Shown: positions 1 through 14,465 of the stretch, piece after piece | How positions within the stretch are numbered: position 1 is the stretch's first letter | Layout of the letters: each line of letters starts with the position of its first letter | Assembly (NCBI GenBank): GCA_951406725.2 | Contig: OX597819.1 | Coordinates: 54,064,001 to 54,128,000 of the forward strand | Length of the DNA stretch: 64,000 nt | Direction: 5' to 3' | DNA from: Octopus vulgaris | Lineage: Eukaryota | The notes under the pieces: generated by a model | The model's database searches: none | The model's input: the letters and a program-made list of their open reading frames with translations, nothing else | Told to the model about the DNA's origin: nothing | Program-made: the position numbers and the translations under genes

Positions 1-3000
1 ATCCTCCCACTTTAGAATTAACATTTATAGTGTAAGTAGTAACCATAGTAACATTAGGATGTGGCAATTTTGTTTGAAACACGAGCTGGTTGATGCAGCA
101 GGACCAATACCTTAACAGTCTCTGAAAAGATTTGATAGCCCAAAACAGAAAGATGCTGTTATAGGATACTCGCCAAAATGTATTTAAAAACCTGCCAGCA
201 GATAATTAAATCTGTATGTGTGTGTGTGTGTGTGTGTACATGGATGCATGTGTATATGTATACCTGTGAAATGTGCATATGTATATACACACACATACGT
301 ACATAAACACGTATGTTAGTCCCTAAGAAATTCCCCAATTCATAAAAAACCCAAACATTTATAATTAAAGAGGAAAAAATGAGGAAAATAGAAACTAAAA
401 AAAAAAAAAAAAAAAAAAAAATTACTTCTACAAGTTTCAGTTTACAAATACAGGTAAATTTTTCAAAAATACAGGTCTTAAAATAATGTGCATAAAATTT
501 TCAGAGTAAGGATAGTGATAAGATTACATAAACGATATAAAATGGTTATCTATCATTGCAAAATAAACGCAAGAAATTTTATATTGAAGAAAAATAAATT
601 CCCTTGCCAACATTGCTAGTAGGAAAGGATTGGATGGGTTTGTGTAACAGCCTCAGCATCAGTTATTCTCATATTTAACAACGCTTGACTTGCTAAAAGC
701 TGCTCTAATTACCTCACCCCATGTTATCCTTAGTCTACTTTTTTGGCTATCTCTAGCATTTTACTAGTCATCCACTCATCTTATAAACTAGTTTATATTA
801 ACAGTCATCTGCTACACTAAGCACAGCTGATAACCAGCACATTATTCACAGCCTGCGTACCGCCACTGCAGATGCTGTCTTCACTGCACAGGTTTCACCA
901 TTCTATAAACATGACAATCTACTTTTTATATGGTGAGAGAGTACAAAGTTTGTACTCTAACCAGTTATTGTCTAATCTGATCAGTAGCCAAGATACCAAA
1001 GCCTAACTACTTGTGAATTATCTCAAACTTGGTTGCTCAACTAATTCTACCGGTGTATTTAAAAAGTACAGGTCCTTTTTAAATGTGTCCCAGCTCTTGA
1101 AACATGCACATAACATTGAATACACAATTACATTATGAAAGCTTTGTAATTTCCTTTTTGCATGGTATATAAAAATTATATTTCCATAAATACCAAAGTA
1201 GTGAATTCTAAAGTCTTTAACAAACTAGAAACAATACAAATAAAATGGAATTTATATTGGTACAATTTTCAGTTAAATAAATATGAACACCATACATGAG
1301 GCTTTGTATTCCCCTATTATAAGTTTGTCATGTTTTTATCAGATTTATGGTGACACTGAGTTGAAGTTGTCATTTGAACTACATTAAGAAAATTAGCATA
1401 ATATATTAAAGTATTAAGTATAAGAGATATTGAGTCCTAGATGGGTTTTCAGTGTTGTTGCTTATAAAAAAAGTATTTTAATAGCTACAAATGAAGTTTG
1501 CAAATCTAAAACTTTACATATAAAAAGGCTCAAAAGTTCAATTTTTAAAGAACAGGATATAAAACAGGTTTAATGATTGGAAAAATAAAGAATTCAAATT
1601 CCTTTCAACTAAATCAAAATATTAATAGCCAATAATGTAACTCATTTTTCTAATTAAATGTTTATCATGGTAAATGAAAAAATATATATACAGTATCTAT
1701 TTAAATGATATGCTGCTGCTTTCTTCAGACAAAAATTATTTTTAAATTCTGTAATGGAGAAATCAAAGTTACTGGATTTAATAAAATTTTATAACAGCTA
1801 CCACAAATATTTAAAAACTGAAACCAAGTCAATATATGAAAAATATTCTAGATATTAAAGAATAATTGCACTGATTAAGTCTTGCATAAGGTTTAATTTA
1901 AATTATCCTTGATAAATTAAATATTCTACAAAATTATTAAGTCAATTTTCAGAGCCTGCAAATTCCATTACAACAGGTTTTAGTGCTAAAGTGTCAACTA
2001 CACAACCATGTATTCAAGCTTTGGCTAATGCCTCCTCAGACTAAGTACTTAATTTGTAACAATCTTGTTTACACACTTAGCAGTAAGAATAGACTACAAA
2101 AACAATTACTTTTAAAAATATGCAAAACTAAAAATGCTAACATAAAAATACATTAAAATATATCATTAATGTCAAATCTGGAGTCAAAAGTTTATCAATG
2201 AGACAAAATTTGGTAAATTTTGCACAATGTCAATTAAAGGTTTCTTACAATATGAAAAAGTATTAGTTTAATGCTTCAAAAGAGTTAAATTATAGTTCAA
2301 ATATTTTTAAATAGAAAAAACATTTTTGAAATGTCACAAGAAAAAAAAAAAAAATTAATTTTGAAAGTGAGTATAAGTGTGAAGGTTAAATTTTCTTCAA
2401 ATTACACATTTGAAAAAATAAGACTAATAAAATTTTGTCAACTTAAAGCTGTTCTTGTGACAATGTTACTTTGTAATTTCAAAATATTTCTGTAAAATGG
2501 GCATCTTTTACTACAATTTAAATACCAAAACTGTTTACATTTTATTACTCATCTCAGATCAAACAATACAGGCTTAACTGTGAATGCCGTTAATTTTAAC
2601 ATACAGTAAATGTTTCAATAGAAAACAATTCTAACAACCTATTATTAATAGGTAAACAATCTTTATTCAAAACGTGCTTTACAGCATTAATCTACTTCAG
2701 CTGTAAGTTAGAAACTAATGAACTGACTTTGAAACACTGGTATCAAGGTAGGGTTAAAATTGCTACTTGCTGACAGAACAGACTGCTACAGAGCTATAAA
2801 ATCTCTATATTGCTGTTGGGAAGAGAGGAAATAAGCAAATTTTCTATTGCAAATTCCCCTCCAGAATTAATATAAAAATGGTTTGCGATTTGCAAAATTT
2901 CGAGTCAAAAACAGTCTATGCCTTACATAACTAATCCTAGACAGTCAATAATTAAATCCAACAAGATATCAATCTGCTATCTGAAAGATAAACAATCCAT

Positions 3001-3218
3001 CATATTGTTAATCTATAATACATTCCCAAATACTACAGAGATAAATTTTGTGATGTTTAATAAGCTGCAAAACCAAAAAGATTTGTAACAACTTCTTGAG
3101 CAGGCAAAAATTCATTAGAAAACATCCACTGAGATGAAGTACCTCTTAGCTAGGAGAGCACACTGTTATATAATAATACCTGAAATTTAAAAAAAAATTA
3201 CCCATTAAACCATAATAA

Positions 3219-3408
3219 CCCTTTAAGCATTTAAACTAGACCGAATATTCTGTTTAATGTTCAAAACCAGCCAGTTCTGGTATCTCATACCTACTCTACA
3301 ATGTTGTTCTAAAAATAAAACATCAAAATCATGAAGCTACGAAATAATGTATGATTAATACAAAAAATGTGTAAAAGCATTCAGGGTGATAACCTAAATG
3401 CCAAAGGG
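3219..3408. mobile_element. piggyBac-type MITE (family A), degenerate copy
   Basis: CCCTTT...AAAGGG ends, right TTAA; reverse-complement homologue of the copies at 13915 and 14245. Confidence 0.75.
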
Positions 3409-6400
3409 TTAAGATGTAATGTAACATGAAGTTATGGACATGCAAATAAATTTTTATATATTTATTACTGTATTTTAGGAGGGTTATTCTGCCAATAAAA
3501 ATGCATGCACATACTAGTTGTAATTCATTTTATAAATTGCTTGATTAGGCAAGTCCCATAATATTTCTACAACATTTATGACCTCCAGGATAGATTTATT
3601 TATTTGTAGATTTAAATTTTGCAAAACTCAGAAATTCATAATGCTGGTCCAGTTGGATATATTTTAATTGTATTTTCATGAAAGGTTTCAGAAAATTGGG
3701 AAGAAAAATCTACAAACACTAGTTTTGATTTAAGTAAATGTGCTACTAATATAGATTTAATCTGCATTTTAAACCAGTTAACTGTTTTAAGAATTGTAAA
3801 GTTAAGTTTTGTAAAAGTTATTACATTATATGATGCAAAGTAGTCATATCTAATTATTTAAGAATGCATAAAAATATTGACACTTAAAAGTTTCCATGGA
3901 ATAAAAACCAGTCTAAAACAGTTGTAATAAAATTTTAAAACAATGTAAAAAATGTTTTCAAAATGATCCTACACCAAAAATAATTACATGCACTGTACTT
4001 CCCAGCAAAAAGCCAAATCCATAAGTATTACCAATAAACACAGAGACAACTTCAAAAGAAAACAGTCCAAAGCCTCTATCAAGATTGCTTTAATTCAAAA
4101 AGACAATTCGCTTAGAGTTGGACTGAAAATGTTGCAATCATCTTAGTAAATCAAAAGAGAAATTAGGGATTGGTACCATTAGGAAACCTGTCAGAAGATC
4201 AGCTTGAAAGAACAGTTAAAGCAGAATTTTAACTCATCTGAAATTTTTTTCCTTTGTTTTAATACTTAAATCTAAATGCCACTTACCTTGACTTGAAGCT
4301 AGGTTATATTTAAAAAACAAAATACTAAAACATCAAATATGTAAAAATTAAATACACAAATTCATTGGAAAAACAAGTATTTAGAACAGATGCAAAAATT
4401 AGACTTGTAAAGGACAAGATAAAAACAACACTAGTTTCAAATGTTTCTAATTTGATACACTTTTATTTTGAAAAATTATAAGTGCTAGAGAGTATTTTAA
4501 TAGGATTTATATCTTAAATACTTGCTAAAATAAAATTTTATTCCAGCAATTGCCTTTTGCTTCAATCTTATAATTCCATCCAAATGTAAAATATTTGACT
4601 ATCAGACATATAAGAAACCAAAGATGAAATTGAAATTCTGAAAATACTTTGCAGAAAACACCCATCTCATTGAAATAGACTTTAAAGACTGGAAAAAGGA
4701 TCAGAATCTTCACCAGAACTTTAAAAAACAAGTTTGAACTCACTGAAGGAAATATATTTGAAAATTGACAAAATGCCCAATGAAAAATAAAACCAGAAAG
4801 TCCCCAAACAATTCTGCCAACCGTTTCATATTCCTCAAAATATATTAAATTTTTAAAAATGGAAACAGAACTGGAAAGTTTTTAACCATTCCATCTAGGC
4901 TTTTCTTATTAAAATGTTGACTAAAATTATATCTAAGCATCTTTTAATTAATAGATATAAGTTTTAACTACTGTGTTTGATAAATTTTGGAAATTCTTTT
5001 TATAAAAAATTTCTTCAAATTAATGCTAGGTTGTGTACAGTGCAGTGACTCAAGCCTGTGAATAATGACTTGGAATAACAAAGATAAAAAAAAAGTAGAA
5101 AAGAATTAAGATCAATCTATTTTCTCTTATTTAAAACATTTAGCAACATGAAGCCAAAGCCTGAACCCAGGAATCTAATTAGGCCACAAGCAACTCATTA
5201 AGGATAAAAAAAACTACAAACAACATTTAATCCTTATGATACCACCCTCTCCACCTATGGTACAGTTTTTGTGTAAGGTATCTAAATTAAAACCTTCCAT
5301 CAAAATATTAAATTCATGTTACAAACACCAGCTTAAAGTTTTAATTTTTCATTCTAAGCCTCCTTCTCCAACTGGGATATCCTTGTATCTCTTTTACAGT
5401 AGGATCCTCCCCCACATCTCTTATTTAACCTGTCAACTGGCATGAAGCTACCTCGTTCAATATTCAATACTCCCCCACCCCAGTAAAGTGTTAGGAAGGG
5501 CATCCAGCAACAGAAACTATGCCAAAACAGACAACAGAGCTTGGTATAGCTCTGGCTTGCCAGCTCTTGTCAAACCAGCCAAACCCATGCCAACATGGAA
5601 ACAGATGTTAAATGATGGAAATTAAGGGAAACAAATGCAGTGTGGCAGTAGTTGTTTTGCATTACTATTACTACTTTGATATAAAGATTTTTATAGTATA
5701 AGAGCAGTTTTCCAGGTAAAATACTGATATATTGTGATTAGCAATCAATGCAAAATTTGCTGCCAATACACAAACACACAAAAAAGCTTTAACATTTTTT
5801 TTCATAATGATAAGAATTTTAAGTTTAGATTTTTTTTTATATATACAATACGCTTAAATACATAAACTTCACAAGAACCTGGAATAGTACAATAAGTTAT
5901 TTTAAAAATAACTATGTAGATATACATAGCAAAACAGCATCTCCATATGTTTGAAAACCAGAACCCCAAATGAGAGGGGAAAAAAAAAAAAAAGGAATAG
6001 TAATGTATAAATAAATATAAACTGCAGATAGAGAAAACAAGCTGAACCTAAAAGTAACTGGTTGTGCTTATGTCAAACAAAAGGTCAAACAACTATGTAA
6101 TAGACTAGAACATCAGAAAGTTTGAGGTGGGGGAGTAAACCCCCTCAAGATCTATTGAAATTCACCAGTAACAGATTTTTCAACATTTGCAACAGAATTG
6201 TATCAGTGACCTGGGTCTTAGTGCAGCAAAAATTCTGACAACTTGAGAAATAGTGACTAACAGAGTTTGCATTTTCTTAAATGACTAAAAATGACTTGTA
6301 AATACAAGTTGCTTGCAACAAGGATTATATCTACCAATATAAATAGATATATTTATACAGCATTGAATGTAAAACAAATCTAAATGAGTGTTTTTTTAAC

Positions 6401-6425
6401 AGTTTAGAAAGCTAAAAATACCTAC

Positions 6426-6564
6426 CTTAAGGAACCAGTAAAATGGGACCCAGAAGAGCACTAAATTAGCAAAGAACTCAACAAGACTGAATACACTAAA
6501 AACTACCCAGTACATGAGCCATTGGGTATCATCATCTTTACGTGCACTTTCAATGGCTTTGATT
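6426..6564 (-). CDS. REEP5: REEP5 coding exon 3 (TB2/DP1/HVA22 domain)
   Basis: tcttttcag acceptor and GTAGGT donor; 139 nt; encodes [46 protein letters not shown]. Downstream exons not found in 1-6425. Confidence 0.96.
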
Positions 6565-7169
6565 CTGAAAAGACAAAAATACAATGTAATTTAATTTGAA
6601 TGTTCTGTAAGTTTCAAATTATTTTGCTATACATTCTTAAAATTTATATCCAAAATGAAATTAGCATTATTTTTCTCAAGTATTTCAATACACTTTAACA
6701 AACCAGACCAGTTTTTCTTTTTTCTTTTAAAGTGGAATTGAATCAAGTGGGTTTTGAACTTGAATCTCCAGGGATAGTTGTACAGTTATAGTATTTTTAT
6801 ATTTTTCTGATATTGAATTTTTAAAACTCAGTTCAGAAACCAAGTTATAATGCAAGGAAATTATGCTTCACCAGAAGTTTACAGTTAAATTACCTTCAAC
6901 ACAAGTTTTCATGGTAGTACCAATCTCAGGGAAGTGAAATAGCCAACAGGATTAGACTGTCTTTTACTATTTAACATTACCCTTGTTTCGCATTTAAATC
7001 TGATTGCTATGCTTCCAGGTTTGTACTCTGGCTAATTCAATTATCTATATACCATTCAAAACAAAATGTCTTGCAACACACTACTACAACCATTTCTAAT
7101 AGTAAATAATCCACTAGAGACAACAAGAAACAATTTAATTTGTGCCAATCTTCACAGATATCATACTTA

Positions 7170-7358
<189 letters not shown>

Positions 7359-10079
7359 TTAACAATTGGACACTAGCAAATCTACAGTAAATAAATTATT
7401 CCAAAAGGTTCATTAAGAACCTTTAAGATTTCTAAACAGATCAAAAAACATAAAAAGCCATACAATGACTCATTAACTAATTAGCTGAAACATTCCTTGG
7501 ACAACAAAGCTTCACTAGTAAATGCAAAATAGCTTACTCAAATTATGATACATACTTTTCAACTGATCTGGTTTTAGTTGAGTAACATTTAAGCATTGAA
7601 AGGCCCAAATATATTGTAGTTCTGAACTAACTGTAAAATCTGAAATATCAGCAGGTTCATTGCTTTGAACTACATACAGAATTTGAACAAACAAAACCTA
7701 TCCACTGCTCCAAGCTGAATAATCCAATTTTACTCTAAATTATTAGAGAGAAAAAGTATAAAGCGCACATGCACAGGTATAATTAGAAAGTCAAATATGA
7801 TACATGGGAAGAAAGATATTTTAATAGATATCATGTGTAAGAAATGTATACCCATAACTTCAGTATGTACAGAAAAGCTGAGTGAAATTAGATATGCAGA
7901 GTAGGATGAACCAACTGCAAGTAAGCTGGCTCATAACTATTCAACTCCATGATAATTTATCAAATTTCAAAATGTCGTTTTTAGTGATTGAAAAAGGTGG
8001 TGATACATTCATTCATGACCTATGTCTACAGACTAAAACCAAGCTGTAACTTCAAAAATCTAACAGTAGCTCATATTCTAGCATTTTTTAGAAGAGAGTA
8101 TACTCAACTCAACACCTAATAAATATTACCAGTACTTGTTTTATCAGAGATTCATTGGAATTTGAATTTAAAACATAAAAAGTAGTAAATATTGATAGGC
8201 ATTTAATCTGCTTTATCATCAGCATCATCATAGCCTTTAAACTAACAGTAAAAAGTTTGAACACCAAACACTAATTTTCAGTAATCAAGACAAAGTATAC
8301 TCTCCACTGCCATACATTTGTGAATTATATTGCTTAAAATAAATGTTAAAAATCCTTAATCCTAAAGAAGTTAAAAGAATACAAAAAAAAAAAAAAAGTA
8401 AATTTCATGTCAGAGAAGTACTTGGCATACATAGACAAGATAATTTGACAGGCATGATAATATATTAACGCTAGTATTTGAACAAATATTTTATCAACTA
8501 TACAGATGAAAATATCTGAAGCAGAGAGACAACACAAAAATACCATTTGGCCTTTACCCCATGTTCTACAATTTCTACTAACTCATACCCTAGATAATGA
8601 GCTTAGAAAAAAAAAAAAAGACTAAATCTAAACCTGAAAGATCTCATTTTTCATAAAAAGGTTCTCCCAAATTTATATTGGAAATAGGGGACCAATTTTA
8701 AAAGACTAAAATTATTTAAGTGATTAATGTATTGGTCCGCGCTAAAAACTTTATAAAGCTTACTATTTTATATATCTTTTGGGCAGGAGAAAGGGTAGTA
8801 CTTGTGATCCTTCCCATTGCCTCCTGAGGGTAGCAGAAGGAAAGGAGGAAATTTCCCCACACTAGAGACCTGGTCTAATTGCTTGCCACACAGCAGAGTG
8901 CTAAAGTCTACCACCAAAATAAGCCGCAGTAGGATTTGAACCCAGTTTACAAAGCTGAAACAAATACCAGTCCAACATTAAGTGTACCAATCCATCACCC
9001 TAGACTAGTTTTTTTTTTTTTTTTTTTTTTAATTAACTCAAAGAACAGGCAAAGTTGACCTTACTGGAATTTGAACTCAGATTGCCAAGTTTCAGAACAA
9101 AAAATAGGCATTTTCATGTGATGCTCTAATGGCTGCCAGTCTATTCTTAAACATTAAAATATAAACATATCAAAAGAACATGAACAAAAGAATTTTATAG
9201 TTAATTTAATGCAACTCGTACTAAAAGCATACTCAGTTCTAATCTTTCATCTATTTGTTATCGGGTTTGCTTTATAATTGCAACATACATTTCATGAAAA
9301 AGCTACATTCCATAAATATATATCAATAAAACTAGTTTTCATTTTAGAAGAAAAAAAAAAAAAAAGTTTATTTACTTAATATTTACTATCAGAATCTACA
9401 TGGCTATTTTCCCAATGCTACATTTATTATTCCCAGACAGTTTTATAAAAAGACCAAGATCAATTTCAAGAGTTATAATGAAAGGCTACAATTATTTAAA
9501 TTACAGACCACGATATTAGCTGAATGACAACAGCTACATTGGGTTTTGAATTTAAGCAAATGTTTAAAATTTACTAAAAAGAACTTTTCAAGAGATTGTT
9601 TCACAAAATTCTATTCCAACAAAATCCATCAAAAACATGAGCAATGAAATACTAAATCTAAGAAATTAAAACATTAAATTACTCAATAACAAAATATTCC
9701 AAGAAAGCATTTATGAAATGAACCTGTAACACTCACCATTACGTGTTAAAATCAAAGCCAAAAGCTTGTAGGCATAGGGCTTTAAGTAAGCCCAAGGATC
9801 CATGTTAAAGCTAAGCTTAACTATGTACAAATAAAATGCTTATGAAAAAAAATAGACTTGCAAGTAACTGATAAAATATACTTAAGCTGATGATCAAAGG
9901 TTAAGATAAGTAACAAAGTCCTATTTAATAAGTAAAATATAAAATGATAACATTATCAAGAAGTTCTAAAGTATTTTTATATGTCAGCAAATTTAGTGTG
10001 ATTTTATGATTGGATACCTTAATGCAATCATGAAGTAGAAATTATTGAGCTCCTTGTTTCCTTGAACCAAGTGCAGTTG

Positions 10080-11120
10080 TCATATTAGCAGTTTCTCACC
10101 TTGCCACACAGTTCTTGGTATTCTCATTGAAGTCTGTGCATGGTCTTTTGGGCTACAAGGGTAGGATAGCAAAGAGCAGACAAGTCGGTGCTACAGAGTG
10201 TTGCAGATAACTGGAGAAACAAACCCAAATGACCAAAGTATCTTTTGATTGCCCAGGGACCCATGTCAATTGGAAGGTTATCCTCAAGCTTCTCTAACCA
10301 TGATTGGGAGTCTGGTCTTCTCTTAAGATATGGGAGTTGGATGTGAGAAAGTTTCTAGATTCCAGTCACTGGGCCCAGGGTTCATCCATAAAGATTATGA
10401 CATTCATTAACAACTTATCTGGCAACCTCCTGTCTCCAAAGTAGTGACAAAGAGATACAAGTCATTTGCTTTTGGTGGATTTTAAGCCACCAATGATCAG
10501 AGAGCAAGAACTGATCAACAGAGTCCTTGTTTTTGATATGGGTGGTTTCTCTCAGAGTATGCATACTCTGCAGAAAAATGGAATAAACCAGAACAGATGT
10601 TTGTACTGTGGCTCCCATATCCTAAGTTGGCCATTTTCCCTTACTGGGTAGTCATTGATGTCCCTTATATAATGGTGCCAACACACTACCTTGAGGTAAG
10701 CCATTTCTTGATAATTAGCTTTGCTTGTTTCTTATTCAAGACTAACTGGCACCTTCTGGAGGTGCTCATATGAGGTCTGTAAGAACTAGGTCTATTGTCA
10801 ACAAGAGGAAGTAACAAATTCAGTGGACAAATCAACAAAGCTAGTGCCAATTATCAGTTCCTTCTGAAACACCTTTAGGGTGTTTAACATTCAAAAGTTG
10901 GCTTGCATGTTTGATAGGTTGGAATTAGCTTGTTGAGGAATATATATTGGATATTTTTGTCAGCATGCACTTGTTCAATTTAAGAATCATTTGTGCAAGG
11001 TTCAATTTGATATGTATGAAAATGCTATCCAACCTCCAACCTGAAGGCTTTACTAACTTCCAGAAGTGCTGCTGATAGAGCTCCTCGAGAAAGGATAGCA
11101 TAGTTCAATTCAGTGGTCTA
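10080..11120 (-). mobile_element. Highly decayed Ingi/Vingi-like LINE fragment (RT and C-terminal region)
   Basis: Minus strand about 10650-10710 reads RNGLPQGSVLAPL (RT motif); further remnants resemble the I-group C-terminus (LESRNFL, DFNENTKNCVAR); many stops and deletions. Confidence 0.65.
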
Positions 11121-11758
11121 GGAAGTTTTTTTTCTTTTTATAGCTTTGTTCATGGCTTTTCCAGCTAAGTTTACAGAAACAAAAAATTTTTCTTCAATGA
11201 TTATGAAATCAGTGAAGGAACTCACCTGCTCAATAAAGTAGCAAAAAAAACAAAAAACCTACAATTTTAAAAATGGAACCATGTTTTAAGTCCAAATTCT
11301 TAGGACAACTGAAAAGTTAAAAGCAAGTTCATCAAACTAACATGCCAATATAGACATCTAGGGTGACTGACCTGAGGGTTGCCCCTATGCATTGAACTGT
11401 GTCAATCAGTCTGTTCAGAGCAGACTAAGATTCAGCAACAATGACTAGCAATTTACAGTATAACCTATCTATTACCTTGGTAGGTCAACATTTTAATTAT
11501 TCAATAAAAATGTGGTGAAGTATATTAGTGCTTTAAAATGAGTGTCTCCCTAACCTTAAGTTAGGCCCTGTACATTTTTCTGGACAATTTAACTTATCCT
11601 GTGTCTTTATCAGTAACTGTTGAATGTCTTATTGCTGACCATGTTAAAAAGAAAATTAAGTTCTATTAAGCAAGTGAAAAAGAAACAATAGGCTAATACA
11701 TGTACATACATTAGTGACTTACTGAATTGTAATATTAATTAGCTTTTTTTTTTTTTTA

Positions 11759-11960
11759 GCAGTGAGCCGGCATAATCGTCAGCATGCCAGGTAAAAAGCT
11801 TTGCAGTATTTTGTCTACATTACAAGTTCAAACTCCACTGAGGTTGACTTTGCTTTTCATCCTTTTGGGGTCAATAGAATAACAGTGGAGCACTGGGGTC
11901 AATGTAATCAGCTTACTTGCTCCTTGGAAATTGCTGGCCTTGTGCTAAAATTTGAAACCG
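11759..11960 (+). mobile_element. tRNA-derived SINE, family 2 (Meta-domain-like core)
   Basis: A/B-box-like head (gagccggcataatcg...gttcaaactcc) followed by the TTTCATCCTTTTGGGGTCAATA core; many homologues in the window. Confidence 0.75.
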
Positions 11961-13914
11961 CTATTTGTCTTTTAGAAAAAAATGTTTCAATAACAAATCC
12001 AACCTAGGACAAGATATCCAAGGATAGGGACCTTCTGATGAACAAAACTTGTCAATGAAAAAAAATAAGTCTGAAAAATGTTAAAGTATCCAAGAATACT
12101 ATTAAAATTTTTAAAATCAATGCTATTAACAAAGCAGTAGCAAACTGTACAAAATGAAAGTTTTAAGTGTTTAGTAAAGATATTTGTGTACATATTTCTA
12201 AGCAAGTGTTAAATAAAAAAATTATAGATTAGCAACATAAAAATATTTTTCAGCAGGAGCCCTTATGATTACTAACACTCAAACAGAATTTATTCACCAA
12301 AAATTCAAAGTGGAATAATTTAGTTTGCTGTGAGTAAGATAATTTGACATTGGAAATAAAACCTTCCAAACTTATTCCATAGAAATTTTATGAATTTTAT
12401 TGTTTTTTTTTTATGCAGGGCATCACATTTTCTTGGATCCTATTGTTTCATTTACATTCATTAACTTTTGATGATGTCATTGATAAGTTATACAGAAAAA
12501 AAAAGTCAATTTTGTTAAGCTTTTATGAAATCCTCTGTAGACAGTGTACAAATTTAGATACTGAGGTTTGTCCAGATCACTTCAATAACTTAAAATTAAC
12601 ATAATCAGTTTAAGAAAAAAATATCTATCCTATTTCAATAAAGAAAAAAAAAAATCAGCCAAAGCAGGTAAACAAATAGCCTAGATCAAGAGAGCAAAGG
12701 GCATTTGACTAACAACAAAATAAGCAAAGAAACAAATCAAGCTAGCAATTGTAGTATACTGATGAATGATTTCAAAGCCAAGAAATTATATCAATTTTGA
12801 AAGTTGTATTCTTTTACATTTAGTAAAAGTGACTGTATCCAAGATCAGAATAGCAATTATATTTGTGTTGTTTAAGACTAGGTTGTTAGGTATCTTTTGG
12901 AGGGCAGGTTTTCAGGATAAGTGAAGGATAGTATCATCACAAGAATGTATGTCGTAAGCGACAGCAAAGGTAAATTGTAAATCATAGTTGAAATATGAAA
13001 CAAAGTGCAGATTAAAGAGAACCTTGTCATTACAATCAAACAGTTTAATAGGAAACTTCCAGTCCAAGAGCAGGAAAACCAATTGTAGTTAAATATCATT
13101 TGCATGAAGCCAGTTTTCACAGAAGATAATTGTGTGGGTGAAGCAATTTTCCTTTTCCCAAGAAGTTTTAGGACGTATTGTTCAAACAGTGTAAATAGAA
13201 ACAAAAAGATGTGATGTTAATGGACCAATTTTCCCTATAATTCAGATTAACGGCATTTGATAAAAAAGAAAAAGGGGAACTCAAAAGAACCGTTTTAACT
13301 CAGTATTTACCAACGGAATTTGTTATGTCATTTTATTGAATAATGAATCTTGTTTAACTGGATAATTCAAGGTGATCTGCTTTCAATGACAATGGATCTA
13401 GGCTAACCTCTTTTGGTTGCTCTGTAGCCTTGTATGCAAGTCAAAATAGTGCTTACAATTGTTTTAAATTTAAAGAAATCAAATTCCATCATGTTAGACA
13501 AAATTATTTCAGTTACATCAACTTATATACTGTCCTATAAAAGCCAGTATATAGTCTAATATAAACTAAACAAAAACTATTGTATTAGCACAGTACATCA
13601 AGATAACAAATTGATAAACGTTGACATGAGATTGAAATATCACTTTACAGATAGGAATAAAATGTTTAACATCAAAAGCCTGTCATGCTGTTTTCAGTTA
13701 CACATTAGTCATACCACAAAAAATGAATTTATGAACTAGTTAATATAGTCTATAAGACAATTATCAACCTCATAAAGCCAACATGTGATCTAATTACTAG
13801 ACCAGCTCTTGTAGCAATCAGATAATTTCAAAGTATTGGCTTTAAAGTAACAGCTGTATTTCCAATCCTAAATGTTATAAAGACAAGGGGGTGCCGAAAA
13901 GTTCCTGCCTTTAA

Positions 13915-14135
13915 CCCTTTAGTGTTCGCATTATTCTGCCAAAATTTATGCTTTTTCATCCACATTGTTTTGAACTAATCATGCATTATCTTGTAGTGAT
14001 GAGATTTTGATGAGGAAGCTGTTAATTTCTAAAACGATATTGTAGGGTTGGTGTGAGAGACCAGATCTGGCCAGTTTGCACATAAAACAGGCAGAATACT
14101 TTTGGCCGGATATGGCCGGTTTAAATACTAAAGGG
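13915..14135. mobile_element. piggyBac-type MITE (family A)
   Basis: TTAA target duplication on both sides, CCCTTTAG/CTAAAGGG TIRs, 221 bp. Confidence 0.9.
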
Positions 14136-14244
14136 TTAAAGGTATCACAAAGGGCCTAGTTGGAAGCCTAACCTTCCAAGTTCTTTTACAGGGATCAGAA
14201 AAACTTTGTTGCAATAAGTATGAATCAAAAGCAAATACATTTAA

Positions 14245-14465
14245 CCCTTTAGTGTTCACATTATTCTGCCAAAATTTATTTTTTTTATCCAAATTATTTT
14301 GAACTAATCATTCATTAATCTTGTAGCTATAAGATTTTGATGAGGAAGCTGTTCATTTTTAAAACGATATTGTAGGGTTGGTGTGAGAGACCAGATATGG
14401 CTGGTTTGAACATAAAACAGGCAGAATACTTTTGGCCTGATATGGCCGGTTTAAATGCTAAAGGG
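14245..14465. mobile_element. piggyBac-type MITE (family A)
   Basis: TTAA TSDs, same TIRs and length, closely similar to the 13915 copy. Confidence 0.9.

Noticed and set aside
1-6425. REEP5 exons 4-5
   Set aside because: No C.FL.WCM.P...NG...Y...IRP-like coding segment found; presumed outside the window. ORFs 4525-4743 and 5236-5445 show no recognisable homology.
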